A stretch of DNA of 64,000 nucleotides from Myxococcota bacterium (GTDB taxonomy: Bacteria > Myxococcota_A > UBA9160 > SZUA-336), in contig CBDFGR010000003.1 in NCBI GenBank assembly GCA_965247115.1, forward strand, positions 160,001 to 224,000, in the 5' to 3' direction. The notes under the pieces are model-generated. The model was given only the letters and a program-made list of their open reading frames with translations, searched no databases and was not told the origin of the DNA. Below, one piece after another: positions 1-9,291 of the stretch. Every line of letters starts with the position of its first letter. Positions within the stretch are counted from its first letter, which is position 1. Position numbers and translations under genes: made by a program.

Positions 1-317
1 GAGACCAGCTCATGCACTTCGACTTCAACTGCCTTGCCTCGGTAGAGCCCCTCAGCGCGGATGAGCCAGCACCGAACGCCTTCACCGAGGCGTTCAACGT
101 CCTGGCACCCGGCGGCTGGGTCGCGTTCCACCTCCATGAAGAGGCCCTCCTGGGCCAGCGTGAGTCTCACTTCGCTGCCCTCGTACGCCAGATGGTCGAG
201 AGCGGCGCCATCTCACTTCACGCTAGAGAGCGCTACAGGCACCGGCTGACGACCCAGGGAGAGCCGCTGGTGCACGTCGCCTTCGTGGGTCGCAAGCACC
301 GCGACTTCGAGGCGTGA
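1..317 (+). CDS. Probable class I SAM-dependent methyltransferase, C-terminal part (truncated by window edge)
   Basis: Frame is open from the window start; FNVLAPGGWVAF resembles the LxPGG motif of class I methyltransferases. Confidence 0.55.
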   Translation, partial: DQLMHFDFNCLASVEPLSADEPAPNAFTEAFNVLAPGGWVAFHLHEEALLGQRESHFAALVRQMVESGAISLHARERYRHRLTTQGEPLVHVAFVGRKHRDFEA

Positions 318-428
318 CTTGTGGGACCCGGCGCGCGAGCGGGCGCGCGCCACCCACCTTCGCGCTGGCCTCCGGCCCGCGCTGCGCGCGCCGCGTTCCC
401 GCGGCGCTTGCCTTGTGGGGCCCCCCAA
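318..428 (+). repeat. Dispersed structured palindromic repeat, copy A
   Basis: CTTGTGGGACCC, GCGG-loop hairpin, ACCCACC, further hairpins; similar to copies at 5464, 13891 and 16790. Confidence 0.8.
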
Positions 429-473
429 TGCTCCGTTGTCTCATCGGCCCGCGTCATTGTTCCTGCGCGCCCG

Positions 474-2288
474 TCAGAGCTGAACTTGGGGACGGTCCTT
501 GATCTGGACTTTTCGCGCCGGGTTGAGGGGGAGGTGTTGGTAGAGGGGGCCCTGGTGGAAGCCCAGGCGGGTGTAGTAGCGGCGCGTTCCGATGGAGGAG
601 ATTACGGCCAGGTCGGGGTAGCCGGCGCTGCGAGCGAGGTTCGTGGCGTGGGTGATGAGGCGTCGACCGAAGCCCTGGTGTTGGGGGGCGGTAGTGGGGC
701 GCTCTCCGAGGGGGGTGAGGGCGCCGTAGACGTGGACCTCGCGGATCATGGCGCTGTTCGCGATCTCGTCGATATATGCGCGGTCCATCGGGAGTGCAAG
801 GCGGAGGAAAGCGAGGAGACGGTCGTCCGGCGTGGTCATCGACAGGAAGTGCTCGGTGCCGGTTGACGTCTCGTAGCGGAGCTCGCGGAGCTCGGCCTGA
901 CTCGCGTCGATAGCTCCGTCGCGGATCTCGCGGCTGCGGATCTCCGCGAGCCGTCGGCCCTGCGCCGCGAGTCGCGTCTCGACGACCTCGCGCAGGTTGG
1001 CGGTCCGGTTTCCGGCGACGATGTCGGTCGACGAAATGTCCCGAATCACGCGCGTGAGACGACAGTAGGCCGGCGTGCTCGGGAGCGCGTGCTCCAGCAC
1101 CTGAAGCAGCTGCTCGCGCGTGTACGGTTGCCAGGAGCCCGACCGATATTGCTTCATCAGCTCGGCGCTCTCGATCAGGCTACACGGGTAGATCTTGAGC
1201 TCATCGGGTCGGACCGCCGGATCCTCGAAGAGCCGGTCGTAGTCCTCCAGGTCCGCTTCGACGCTTGAGCCGTGCAGGTTCGGCATCCAGTGCACGTGGA
1301 TCTTGAACCCGGCTTGTCGCAGCAGGCCAAGGGCCCTCCGGGTAGTGGCTACGTCGTGACCACGCTGGTTCGCCGCCAGCACCTCGTTCGAGAGGCTCTG
1401 CACTCCGACCTGTACTTTCGTCGCACCAAGGCGCCGCAGTGCCACCACCTCTTCCGGGCTGACGTGGTCCGGGCGGGTCTCGAGAGAGATGCCGACCGCA
1501 CGGTAGCGCCGCCCTTCGTTCTCGTGCTGGGCCGCCTCGAGGTCATCCCACCCCGCGCTCTCCCACGCGCCGACCAGCGCGCCTGCGAGGCGTTCGCGCA
1601 GGTACGTAGAGACGACGGTATTGTAGGAGGGTCCCGCATCCGCACCGTGGACCGCTGCCGAGACCTCGCGAAAGTCGGGCCCGGGCGAAGCCGGGCTGGC
1701 CGCTGCGCCATCCGGACTTCCGAAGTCGTTGAGCGCGTCGATACAGCGCTTGATGAACCAGATCCGGTACGGCTCCGGATAGTACGACCACGTACCGCCG
1801 AGCACGATGAGCTCGACCTTGTCGATCGGATGACCCAGCTCGTAGTAGGCCTGCAGGCGCACCCGCGTCTGCAGGTACGGATCGAAATTCTGCTCTGCCG
1901 CGCGCTGCGCACCAGGCTCGAGCGCAAGGTAGCTCTTGGGCATGCGCACATCGCTGGGACAGAAGATGCAGCGGCCGGGACACGGGAAGGGTTTCGTCAA
2001 CACCGTGACCGGAGCGACCCCGCTCAGCGTACGCACGCGGCGCTTGCGCAGCTTTTCCAGAAAGGACGCTTCGTTCTCCCAGCCGCGCTCGCTAGCCAGC
2101 CGGCGAAAGCCCGCGATCAGCTCGGAGCGCGAGAAGAAGCCCTTGCCGTCGCGGGGGTGCTTGCGCAGAATCCGCTCCAGATCACGCTGCGAGAAGGCGG
2201 GCAGAGATCGGACCTCGGAGATGATGGCGACGAGCTCGCGTTCGTGTTGTTCTGGATCGAAGCTGGGTTTGGTCCAGCGGCTCGTCAT
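474..2288 (-). CDS. elp3: Elp3-family tRNA U34 carboxymethyltransferase (radical SAM + KAT domains)
   Basis: SGVAPVTVLTKPFPCPGRCIFCP, MPKSY..EPGAQRA, GGTW, ETRPD; C-terminal IREVHVYG..QHQGFG..YYTRLGF acetyltransferase motifs. Confidence 0.9.
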   Translation of the reverse strand: MTSRWTKPSFDPEQHERELVAIISEVRSLPAFSQRDLERILRKHPRDGKGFFSRSELIAGFRRLASERGWENEASFLEKLRKRRVRTLSGVAPVTVLTKPFPCPGRCIFCPSDVRMPKSYLALEPGAQRAAEQNFDPYLQTRVRLQAYYELGHPIDKVELIVLGGTWSYYPEPYRIWFIKRCIDALNDFGSPDGAAASPASPGPDFREVSAAVHGADAGPSYNTVVSTYLRERLAGALVGAWESAGWDDLEAAQHENEGRRYRAVGISLETRPDHVSPEEVVALRRLGATKVQVGVQSLSNEVLAANQRGHDVATTRRALGLLRQAGFKIHVHWMPNLHGSSVEADLEDYDRLFEDPAVRPDELKIYPCSLIESAELMKQYRSGSWQPYTREQLLQVLEHALPSTPAYCRLTRVIRDISSTDIVAGNRTANLREVVETRLAAQGRRLAEIRSREIRDGAIDASQAELRELRYETSTGTEHFLSMTTPDDRLLAFLRLALPMDRAYIDEIANSAMIREVHVYGALTPLGERPTTAPQHQGFGRRLITHATNLARSAGYPDLAVISSIGTRRYYTRLGFHQGPLYQHLPLNPARKVQIKDRPQVQL

Positions 2289-2312
2289 GTGGGATGCCCT
2301 CCGGGCTCAGCC

Positions 2313-3077
2313 GTGAACGACGCGACCGCTCACGCGCTCAACTCGATCAACCGCGCCTTCTACCGCGACCATGCCGTGTCCTTCCACCTGACCCGCCGCG
2401 ACCCGTGGCCGGGCTGGACGCGCCTGGTCCCGTACCTGGCGCGCGCCGGCGTGCCAGGAACTCCTCTATCCGTCCTCGAGATTGGCTGCGGAAACGCTCG
2501 CTTCGCCCGCTTCTTGTACGAGACTTTCGAGCGCCCTGTTGTGTATCGGGGCATCGACGCGAGCGCCAGCTTGCTCGAGGAAGCGCGGATCGCCACGCGC
2601 GGGATGGATGCCACACTCGAGCAGCGCGACCTGGTAGAGGATCCACTCAAGCCGCCGAGGGACGCCGCCTCCCGGGCGTGCGTTGCTGCGTTCGGCGTCC
2701 TCCACCACATTCCTGGGGCCTCTCGACGGCGGCAGCTGCTCCTGAGCATGGTCGAACGGCTCGGGCCGGGGGGCCTCCTCGCCCTCGCCTTCTGGGACTT
2801 CGGTGCGGACCCGCGCTTCGCCAAGCGGGAGCTCAGCGTATCCGAGTACAACCGCAGGGCGCCGCAGCCGGTTGACCCGCAGCAGCTCGAGCGAGGCGAC
2901 ATGCTGTTGCGCTGGGGAGCGCCGGAGGTGGATGCGCTGCGCTACTGCCATTGGCTGGATCCGGACGAGGAGCGGGAGCTTCTCGAAGGGCTGGGGCTGG
3001 TGACGGTCGCGGCCTTCGCCAGCGACGGGCGCAGCCACGCACTGAACCGGTACCGGGTGCTGTCGCGACCAGATTGA
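2313..3077 (+). CDS. Class I SAM-dependent methyltransferase, Trm9/ALKBH8-like N-terminus
   Basis: GTG start at 2313; FYRDHAVSFHLTRRDPWPG, VLEIGCGNAR motif I, GVLHHIP. Confidence 0.85.
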   Translation: MNDATAHALNSINRAFYRDHAVSFHLTRRDPWPGWTRLVPYLARAGVPGTPLSVLEIGCGNARFARFLYETFERPVVYRGIDASASLLEEARIATRGMDATLEQRDLVEDPLKPPRDAASRACVAAFGVLHHIPGASRRRQLLLSMVERLGPGGLLALAFWDFGADPRFAKRELSVSEYNRRAPQPVDPQQLERGDMLLRWGAPEVDALRYCHWLDPDEERELLEGLGLVTVAAFASDGRSHALNRYRVLSRPD

Positions 3078-3102
3078 CCAGCTGTCAAAAATGACAAACA
3101 AT
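3074..3102 (+). promoter_or_regulatory. Sigma70-like promoter with probable TetR operator in the spacer
   Basis: TTGACC-N17-AACAAT; palindrome TGTCA-AAAA-TGACA at 3083-3096. Confidence 0.55.
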
Positions 3103-3108
3103 CAGTCT

Positions 3109-3747
3109 ATGCCTTTGACCAGTCAGGACGCGGCTCCCGACCGGCGGGAACGGAGAAAGGCGGAGACCCGACGCCGGCTCCTGGACGCCGCGCGGCGGCT
3201 TTTCGTCGAGCGCGGCTACGACGCCACCCGTCCCCAGGACGTCGCTCGCCTGGCCGACGTGGGGGCCGATACCTTCTACCTGCACTTCCCGGACAAGCCG
3301 GCTGCCTTCCTGGCCTTCACCGATGAGGCTGCGAGCGAGCTCCTGGAGCACATCCGACAGCGGCTCCAGGGAACGGCGAATTTCTCGACGCAGTTCGGCG
3401 CGGCGCTCGAGGCCGTCCTCGACTACCGCGACCGGCAGCCCGGGGTGCTGCGCGCAGCCTTTGCAGACGAGGCCGTGATCTCGGCCCACCTGCCCGGCCG
3501 AGCGGGCCTGCGCGAGCGCCTGGCCAGTCAGCTGGCCGAGATGCTTCGCCGCGCCATGGCACGGAACGAGATCTATTCCGACTACGATCCGCCAGTGATC
3601 GCGTGGGGCATCGTCGGGATGGTGCAGCAGTCGTGCGGGATCGCGTGTTCCGCTGACCGCGCTCGACTCCTGGACAACCTGACCCGCTTCTGCGAGCGCG
3701 CGCTGGTGCCCAAACCGGCAGCTCCGAGTAAGGAGGTTCGAACGTGA
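3109..3747 (+). CDS. TetR/AcrR family transcriptional regulator
   Basis: RRLLDAARRLFVERGYDAT..DVARLADVG..TFYLHF HTH; start is 3109 or 3091. Confidence 0.92.
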   Translation: MPLTSQDAAPDRRERRKAETRRRLLDAARRLFVERGYDATRPQDVARLADVGADTFYLHFPDKPAAFLAFTDEAASELLEHIRQRLQGTANFSTQFGAALEAVLDYRDRQPGVLRAAFADEAVISAHLPGRAGLRERLASQLAEMLRRAMARNEIYSDYDPPVIAWGIVGMVQQSCGIACSADRARLLDNLTRFCERALVPKPAAPSKEVRT

Positions 3748-4766
3748 CCAGGCTCGTGTACTGCGAAGAAGAGCTCATGCGCTCGCACGATTACGCGCGG
3801 GAACACGTCGTGGCCGGACGCCGCATCCATGGGGGCTTCGACGCGAGCGGCACCTACATGCCTCCACGACTCGCGGTGCGCGAGCCGGCAATCGCAGCCT
3901 GGACCCACGCGCTGCGCGCGCGTGGCGGAGACTTGCTGGCGGCGGACTCCTCGTTGCTGGCAGGAAAGCGCTATCCGAGCGAGGCGCAGCAGAAGCTCCT
4001 GCTCCAGGAGGGGATTCTCCAGCCCTTCTGGAACTCACTCACCATCACCGGGAAGATCGAGGGCCGCGGGCGCTTCCTTGCAGAGGCGCAGTTCCCTGAG
4101 CTTCAGGACGTGATCTGCGAGGACATCTCAGAGATGGCCGTCGGGCACTTGAAAAAGGGTCTGCTGGTGGCGCACGGCATCGACGAGGGGGGACAGCCTG
4201 AGCTCGGCATTGGTGGGCACGACGTGATGTGGTTCGCGGCACGCGACCTCGCCTATGGAGAGACGGACTTTCCGGATCCGCCGGTGCCCGAACGGATCGG
4301 CCGACCGGAGGGAGAAGCTGCCGAGATCGAGGGGCTCTCGCTGCCTCACGATCGACTCGTTCAGTTCCTGCTCAACCTGCTCATGATCGAGTTCCGCGCC
4401 GAGCTCGGCTTCGCGTTCTCGCAGCGCCTGTTTCGCGACCCCGAGCTGTTCACCCAGCGCCGCGCAGAGTCAGAGGAGGCCGCCGAGCTGATCGGACGGA
4501 TACGCCGCGACGAGGAGATCCACGTGACCTCGCTCCGACTCTACCTGGGAGAGCTCAAGAGCCTGACCTTCCGGAAGACCGACGGCGAAGGCATCCCGGG
4601 CGCGGAGGTCATCGATCCGATCTGGCGAACGATCGTGCAGTGGGCCACCGTGGAGCAACCCAAGCTGGTAGCCGAGCGCGAACGGGGGAGCCTCAAGGCA
4701 GAGATCCTCACGCACCCCGACGGCCTCTCTATTCTGGATCGCTTCGACGGGCTCGAGGCCGCCTAG
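3744..4766 (+). CDS. Ferritin-like (diiron carboxylate) superfamily protein
   Basis: Candidate ligands IEGRG, DEGG..GHD, IEFRAE, RDEEIH (ExxH); GTGA overlap with tetR. Confidence 0.65.
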   Translation: MTRLVYCEEELMRSHDYAREHVVAGRRIHGGFDASGTYMPPRLAVREPAIAAWTHALRARGGDLLAADSSLLAGKRYPSEAQQKLLLQEGILQPFWNSLTITGKIEGRGRFLAEAQFPELQDVICEDISEMAVGHLKKGLLVAHGIDEGGQPELGIGGHDVMWFAARDLAYGETDFPDPPVPERIGRPEGEAAEIEGLSLPHDRLVQFLLNLLMIEFRAELGFAFSQRLFRDPELFTQRRAESEEAAELIGRIRRDEEIHVTSLRLYLGELKSLTFRKTDGEGIPGAEVIDPIWRTIVQWATVEQPKLVAERERGSLKAEILTHPDGLSILDRFDGLEAA

Positions 4767-5394
4767 CACCGCGCGGCGAGAGCGAAGCCTCCAGCTCCGC
4801 GAGGGCCTGATCGGGATCCTCGACCTTGATGGTGGTCATTCCGAGCTGTCTAGCGGGCTTGAGGTTCCGGCCGATGTCATCCAGGAAGACGGCGGCGCGC
4901 GGCTCCACGCCGAGCTCGGCGCACACATGCCGGTAGATCCGGGGATCCGGCTTGCGCAGGCCGACCACGCTCGACTCGACGAAGACGTGAAACAGAGGGC
5001 GCAGCTCGTGCGCTCCTGCCTCGCGCTTCTCTTCCGAAATCCAGTTGTTCGTCAGTGCCGCCACGCGCAAGCCCTGCTCGCGGATCGCGCGGATGGCAGC
5101 AATCATCTGCGGCCGCGGCCCGGCGCCTTCGGCAATGCTGGCCATCATGTCGCGCGCCGAGATCGATTGCCCGGCCCGCTCGCAGTCACGATCGAACGCG
5201 TCATAGAACTGCTCGATCGGAAGCTCCCCGCGCTCAAGCCGTGACCAAGCCCCCGACCCCCCCGTATCCACGACAACGCGATTAACAAAACCCTCGGCAA
5301 TCCCCAGTCGCCGCTCATAGCGCGCAATAGCGTGCAACGGCGAGCTCACCACCACACCACCCAGATCAAAAATCACCGCCGAGTACGCCACCAC
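4729..5394 (-). CDS. HAD-family phosphatase (epoxide hydrolase N-terminal-like)
   Basis: IFDLGGV, LTNN, RKPDPRIY, VFLDDIGRNL motifs. Confidence 0.9.
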   Translation of the reverse strand: MVAYSAVIFDLGGVVVSSPLHAIARYERRLGIAEGFVNRVVVDTGGSGAWSRLERGELPIEQFYDAFDRDCERAGQSISARDMMASIAEGAGPRPQMIAAIRAIREQGLRVAALTNNWISEEKREAGAHELRPLFHVFVESSVVGLRKPDPRIYRHVCAELGVEPRAAVFLDDIGRNLKPARQLGMTTIKVEDPDQALAELEASLSPRGARRPRARRSDPE

Positions 5395-5463
5395 GCCACT
5401 CTACAGCACCCCCCAGCTCATGATCTCGACAGCGCGCAGGCAATCGAGTGAGAGCCGGCAACC

Positions 5464-5556
5464 GCAAGCCGCGCCAAAAGGCGCGGCGCGCAGTGAGCCG
5501 CAGGCGAACGAAGGTGGGTGGAGCGCGGCCGCCCGCGCTCCAGGGCCCCACAAGAC
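5464..5556 (-). repeat. Dispersed structured palindromic repeat, copy B
   Basis: Reverse strand reads GTCTTGTGGGGCCCT GGAGCGCGG-GCGG-CCGCGCTCC ACCCACC ... GCCGCGCC-TTTT-GGCGCGGC TTGC. Confidence 0.8.
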
Positions 5557-5616
5557 AGGCTACACTCCCTCCGCTCGGGAGAGCTCGGGCAGGGAGCTGA
5601 AGAAGAGGGCTGCGTG

Positions 5617-6384
5617 ATGGAGCTCGAACGAATCGCCTTCGTTGCCGGTGACTCGGACGTCGCGCAGGCTTCGCTCCGACGCCTGCGCGATCGCTATGCG
5701 AGCAAGTCCGTCGAGGAGGCCGACATCATTGTCGCCCTCGGGGGCGACGGCTTCATGCTCGAGACCCTGCACAAGAACCGGGAGCGCGGCGTGCCTATTT
5801 ACGGCATGAATCGGGGCACGATCGGCTTCCTGATGAACAGCTACGACGAGGACGACCTACTGCAGCGCATCGAGGATGCCGACGTGACCACACTGTACCC
5901 GCTCCGCATGGAGGCGCGCAGGCAGTCGGGCGAACAGCTCGAGCTCCTCGCGATCAACGAGGTCTCGATGTTGCGTCAGACCCACCAGGCGGCAAAGCTG
6001 CGCATCTACGTGGACGAGATCGCGCGCGTGCAGGAGATGGTCTGCGACGGCGTCCTGGTCGCCACGCCCGCAGGGAGTACCGCCTACAATCTTTCCGCAC
6101 ACGGTCCGATCCTGCCGCTCGACGCGGGCGTGCTCGCACTCACGCCGATCAGCGCCTTTCGCCCACGACGCTGGCGCGGTGCTCTCCTGCCCCGCAACGC
6201 CACGGTCCGGCTCGAAGTGCTTGATCACGCGAAGCGTCCCGTGAGCTGCGCTGCGGACTCGAACGAGGTCCGCGACGTCGTCGAGGTCACGATCCGCGAA
6301 GACCGGGAGTGCGAGCTCAAGCTGCTCTTCGACAGGGGACACGGACTCGAGGAGCGCATTCTGAACGAGCAGTTCGTCCCGTAG
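5617..6384 (+). CDS. nadK: NAD kinase
   Basis: [33 protein letters not shown]. Confidence 0.95.
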   Translation: MELERIAFVAGDSDVAQASLRRLRDRYASKSVEEADIIVALGGDGFMLETLHKNRERGVPIYGMNRGTIGFLMNSYDEDDLLQRIEDADVTTLYPLRMEARRQSGEQLELLAINEVSMLRQTHQAAKLRIYVDEIARVQEMVCDGVLVATPAGSTAYNLSAHGPILPLDAGVLALTPISAFRPRRWRGALLPRNATVRLEVLDHAKRPVSCAADSNEVRDVVEVTIREDRECELKLLFDRGHGLEERILNEQFVP

Positions 6385-6396
6385 CTCAGTGGGGAC

Positions 6397-7896
6397 CTAG
6401 AACTCCGACACCCACTTGATCGTTCCAGACACATGCATGCGCGACGGTAGGTCCGAGCCGCCGGCCTCGAGCTCTTCCGTCGTGGTAGCGGCACCGGCCG
6501 CAACGTCGAGCTGCAGGTGCGTGAAGCGCAGACCGAATCCCGCGGTGACGGTGATCCCATCGTCCCCGTCGGACGCGAGGTTCTTGTAGGCCCCGGCCCG
6601 GAGCGCGAGGCTCCCCACCCAGAAGGGGATCCGGAGCTCCGTACCCAGCGAGAGCATGCGCGAGGAGAAGCCGTCGACGTTGATGGACTCGTTCTCCGTG
6701 AGATCGTAGTCCGCGGCCAGCAGCCAGTTCGGTGTCAGATTCAGGCCGATGCCGGCGCGGATCTGCTCGTCGAGCTCCACACCGTCAGGACCGTTGCTCT
6801 TGAACTCCGGCGTGTTCAGGTTCTTTGCGACGACCCCGACGCGGAGCCAGTCCACGGGCTTGAGCAAGACCCCGACGTCTACCGCCATGCGTTGGCTGGT
6901 CTCCCTGTTGTTGGAATCGGTGATGTCATCGACCAGATCATCCGTACCGGTGATGTCGTCGTACTGGATAAAGGTGTAGTACGACATCCCGTATACAGCG
7001 CGGACGCTGGCCCCGACACCGATCCGCTCGCTGAACAGAGGATGCCCGTAGGCAAGCCCGACCTCCTGCGTCAGGAGCCCCTGCACGAGCACGCCGCTCC
7101 CGTTCCGCGAGAGATCGAGTGCTGTGATCCCGCCGGTCGCGTTCGCGACGCGCGAGACGATGTCCTGGATGGGCAGCGTCGACGTGTCGAGCCCTGCGAG
7201 CTCCGCCTGGAAGACGAGCTCCTCGGCCTGGTCCTGAGACCAGGTCCCGAGAGCCAACGCAATGGTGTCGGCGAGCGCCTGGCTGCCAGCATTCGTGAAG
7301 ACCCCGGAACGGTCGGCGCCCACACCCACCACGTTCGCCACCTGGGTGAGCGCATCGAGATCGTCACTGAAGGAAAGCCCTGTGAGGTCGAGGATCGGGT
7401 CGAGCCCAAAGGAGCCGTTCGTCTTGGTACTGAGCATCAGGCCCCGCCTGCGGAAGTTCAGCCCCGTGTCCAGGCCGGTCAGGAATCCCTCGGCGTCGGC
7501 TCCCAGGGAGACCAGCTTGTCTGCAAGCGCGAGTGAATCCTGCAGCTCGGCCGCGGTCAAGACCTGGCCGGCTTGAATCTTGGTCAGAACCGCATCAAAG
7601 CTGTTCGCGTCGATGAACTGGACGATGTCGTCGGCATCGCGAATCACCTCGCCCACGGACAGGGCCGTTGCGCTGAAGGGCAGCTCAAACTCCGACGACT
7701 GCGTGAAGACCAGCGCACCCGGGTTCCAGTGCGCGGCCCGGTTGTCGTTGACGATGGCAACTCCAGCGCCGCCCATTGCCTGATACCGCGAGCCCTGGAT
7801 CGCCCACTCCTCCGCCCTTGCGGTAGACGCGAGGACCGCGTGAATGCATAAAAGGGTTGCTGCTACCAAGAGCAGGAGACGGCCGTGCTTACTCAT
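6397..7896 (-). CDS. TraF-like/FadL-like outer membrane beta-barrel protein
   Basis: Signal peptide, GSRYQAMGGAGVA..AAHWNPGAL, amphipathic strands, terminal Phe; GGAGGGG RBS before ATG 7896. Confidence 0.75.
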   Translation of the reverse strand: MSKHGRLLLLVAATLLCIHAVLASTARAEEWAIQGSRYQAMGGAGVAIVNDNRAAHWNPGALVFTQSSEFELPFSATALSVGEVIRDADDIVQFIDANSFDAVLTKIQAGQVLTAAELQDSLALADKLVSLGADAEGFLTGLDTGLNFRRRGLMLSTKTNGSFGLDPILDLTGLSFSDDLDALTQVANVVGVGADRSGVFTNAGSQALADTIALALGTWSQDQAEELVFQAELAGLDTSTLPIQDIVSRVANATGGITALDLSRNGSGVLVQGLLTQEVGLAYGHPLFSERIGVGASVRAVYGMSYYTFIQYDDITGTDDLVDDITDSNNRETSQRMAVDVGVLLKPVDWLRVGVVAKNLNTPEFKSNGPDGVELDEQIRAGIGLNLTPNWLLAADYDLTENESINVDGFSSRMLSLGTELRIPFWVGSLALRAGAYKNLASDGDDGITVTAGFGLRFTHLQLDVAAGAATTTEELEAGGSDLPSRMHVSGTIKWVSEF

Positions 7897-8074
7897 GTGT
7901 TCCCCTCCCGACGGAGTGCGTGGCTGTGCGGCCGACCGGATCGGCCCGCTTCTGTTCGGAGCTTCGTCGAGCGGGCCCCAAACTTGAGGAGGCGGGCGAC
8001 GGCTCAGCTTCCCGAGCTCTTCCACACAGACAGCTGCCTCGCGCCTTTGGCTGCACGAGTTGCAGCGTCGTTGC

Positions 8075-8127
8075 GTATCGACGCCCTCGGTCCGGCGGCT
8101 AAGGGCAGCCTCGCGATCTGCCGAAAC
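8075..8127. promoter_or_regulatory. Back-to-back sigma28/WhiG-like promoter candidates
   Basis: Minus strand TTAG-N16-GTCGATAC (8075-8102); plus strand TAAG-N16-GCCGAAAC (8100-8127). Confidence 0.5.
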
Positions 8128-8143
8128 AGCAGCCGAGGTGGCT

Positions 8144-8821
8144 GTGCTCCGCTCGACTTCCGTCTACGACCGAACGCGAGTGCTCAAGGCGGCGGCTCGC
8201 GCGCGCTCCAAGCGTCGTCGCAAGAAGGCGATCGCGCTCTACCGCTGGGTGCTCGCCGTCGAGCCGGGCAACGCGGAGATTCACGGCAAGCTCGCCCCCC
8301 TGCTCGCTCGCACCGGCCAGACCTTCGATGCCTGGGTGAGCTACCGTCGCGCCGCGCGAGGCCTGGCACGAGAGGGGTTGACGGAGAAGGCGCTGGGGAT
8401 CTACCGGGAGGCGGGGAGCTACCTGCCTCGGCAGCTCGAGACCTGGCTTGCCATCTTCGAGCTGGAGCGGCAGCGAGGCCGCGACGCCGACGCGAGAGAG
8501 GCCCTCCTCGAGGGTCGCCGGCGCTTCCGGGGCCGACGCTTTCGCCCGCAGGCGATCTACCTGCTCAGGCGCATGCGCACCGTCGATCCCTGGGAGCTCG
8601 AGACCGTCCTCGATCTCTCGCTGCTGCTCGCCAAGACCGGCCAGCGCCGCGAGGCGGAGATGCTGCTTCGGGAGATGGGGTCCCGCTGCAGGGGACGCCC
8701 GCTGCGGCGCGTGCGCACGGCCCAGTGGAGGATGAGTCCATCCATCGCCAACACCTGGCTGTGGCTGCACGCCATGTTCCAGACGGGCGGAAGGTCGGCG
8801 CCCGCCCGAGCCTCCCGCTAG
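8144..8821 (+). CDS. Basic TPR-repeat protein
   Basis: KAIALYRWVLAVEPGNAEIHGKLA TPR-like helices; GAGGTG before GTG 8144; start uncertain. Confidence 0.7.
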   Translation: MLRSTSVYDRTRVLKAAARARSKRRRKKAIALYRWVLAVEPGNAEIHGKLAPLLARTGQTFDAWVSYRRAARGLAREGLTEKALGIYREAGSYLPRQLETWLAIFELERQRGRDADAREALLEGRRRFRGRRFRPQAIYLLRRMRTVDPWELETVLDLSLLLAKTGQRREAEMLLREMGSRCRGRPLRRVRTAQWRMSPSIANTWLWLHAMFQTGGRSAPARASR

Positions 8822-8824
8822 CGA

Positions 8825-9142
8825 CTAGGGCTGCACGAGCGGGGTCGCGGATCTCTTCCACCCGCTGACCCGACAGCCGAGACAGCGTATGAAGGTCGCC
8901 TCTGCGGGACCCCTCACGAGCACGTCGAAGAACGAGGGATCCCGGCTGAAATAGGTGAACGGCAGCGTTACCGCATAGATAGCAGCCCCGACGAGAGTAA
9001 CGCCCAAGGTCGCGGGTCGGGTGAAAAGCGCGTCCCCGGCGTACACGACGTACTGCCTGATCGGCTGTCCGTACAGCTGGTCCGCCTGTGCCGGTGCGGC
9101 CAGGCAGGTCGCGAGTAGCGTGGCCACGAGAAGTCTGCCCAT
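8825..9142 (-). CDS. Small exported/membrane conserved hypothetical protein
   Basis: Signal peptide (APAQA), D..TRP..LG..LVG..VTLPF..P..TF.RCLG pattern; GGAGG RBS. Confidence 0.7.
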   Translation of the reverse strand: MGRLLVATLLATCLAAPAQADQLYGQPIRQYVVYAGDALFTRPATLGVTLVGAAIYAVTLPFTYFSRDPSFFDVLVRGPAEATFIRCLGCRVSGWKRSATPLVQP

Positions 9143-9291
9143 CACAGTTCCTCCTTCCGCATTTTTCTCGAGCGTGAGTAGTGAGGGTATTATCCCTCGT
9201 TAGCTTGGACGCCGGCAAGAAGCATGATGGTGGGTGGGCACTGCTGCCGATACGATACGCAGCGCGGCACCACGCGCGGAGGGGCAGCGAG

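Noticed and set aside
1272..2312. N-terminal extension giving a 601-aa methylase
   Set aside because: Antisense shadow of elp3; protein-like sequence begins at GTG 2313
6397..7896. Conjugative element suggested by the TraF-like protein
   Set aside because: No relaxase, coupling protein, T4SS or integrase genes in the window
9226..9253. Sigma28-like promoter for the vWA fusion gene (GCCGATAC at 9246)
   Set aside because: Good -10 box but no matching -35 at 16-bp spacing, so not counted in the regulon
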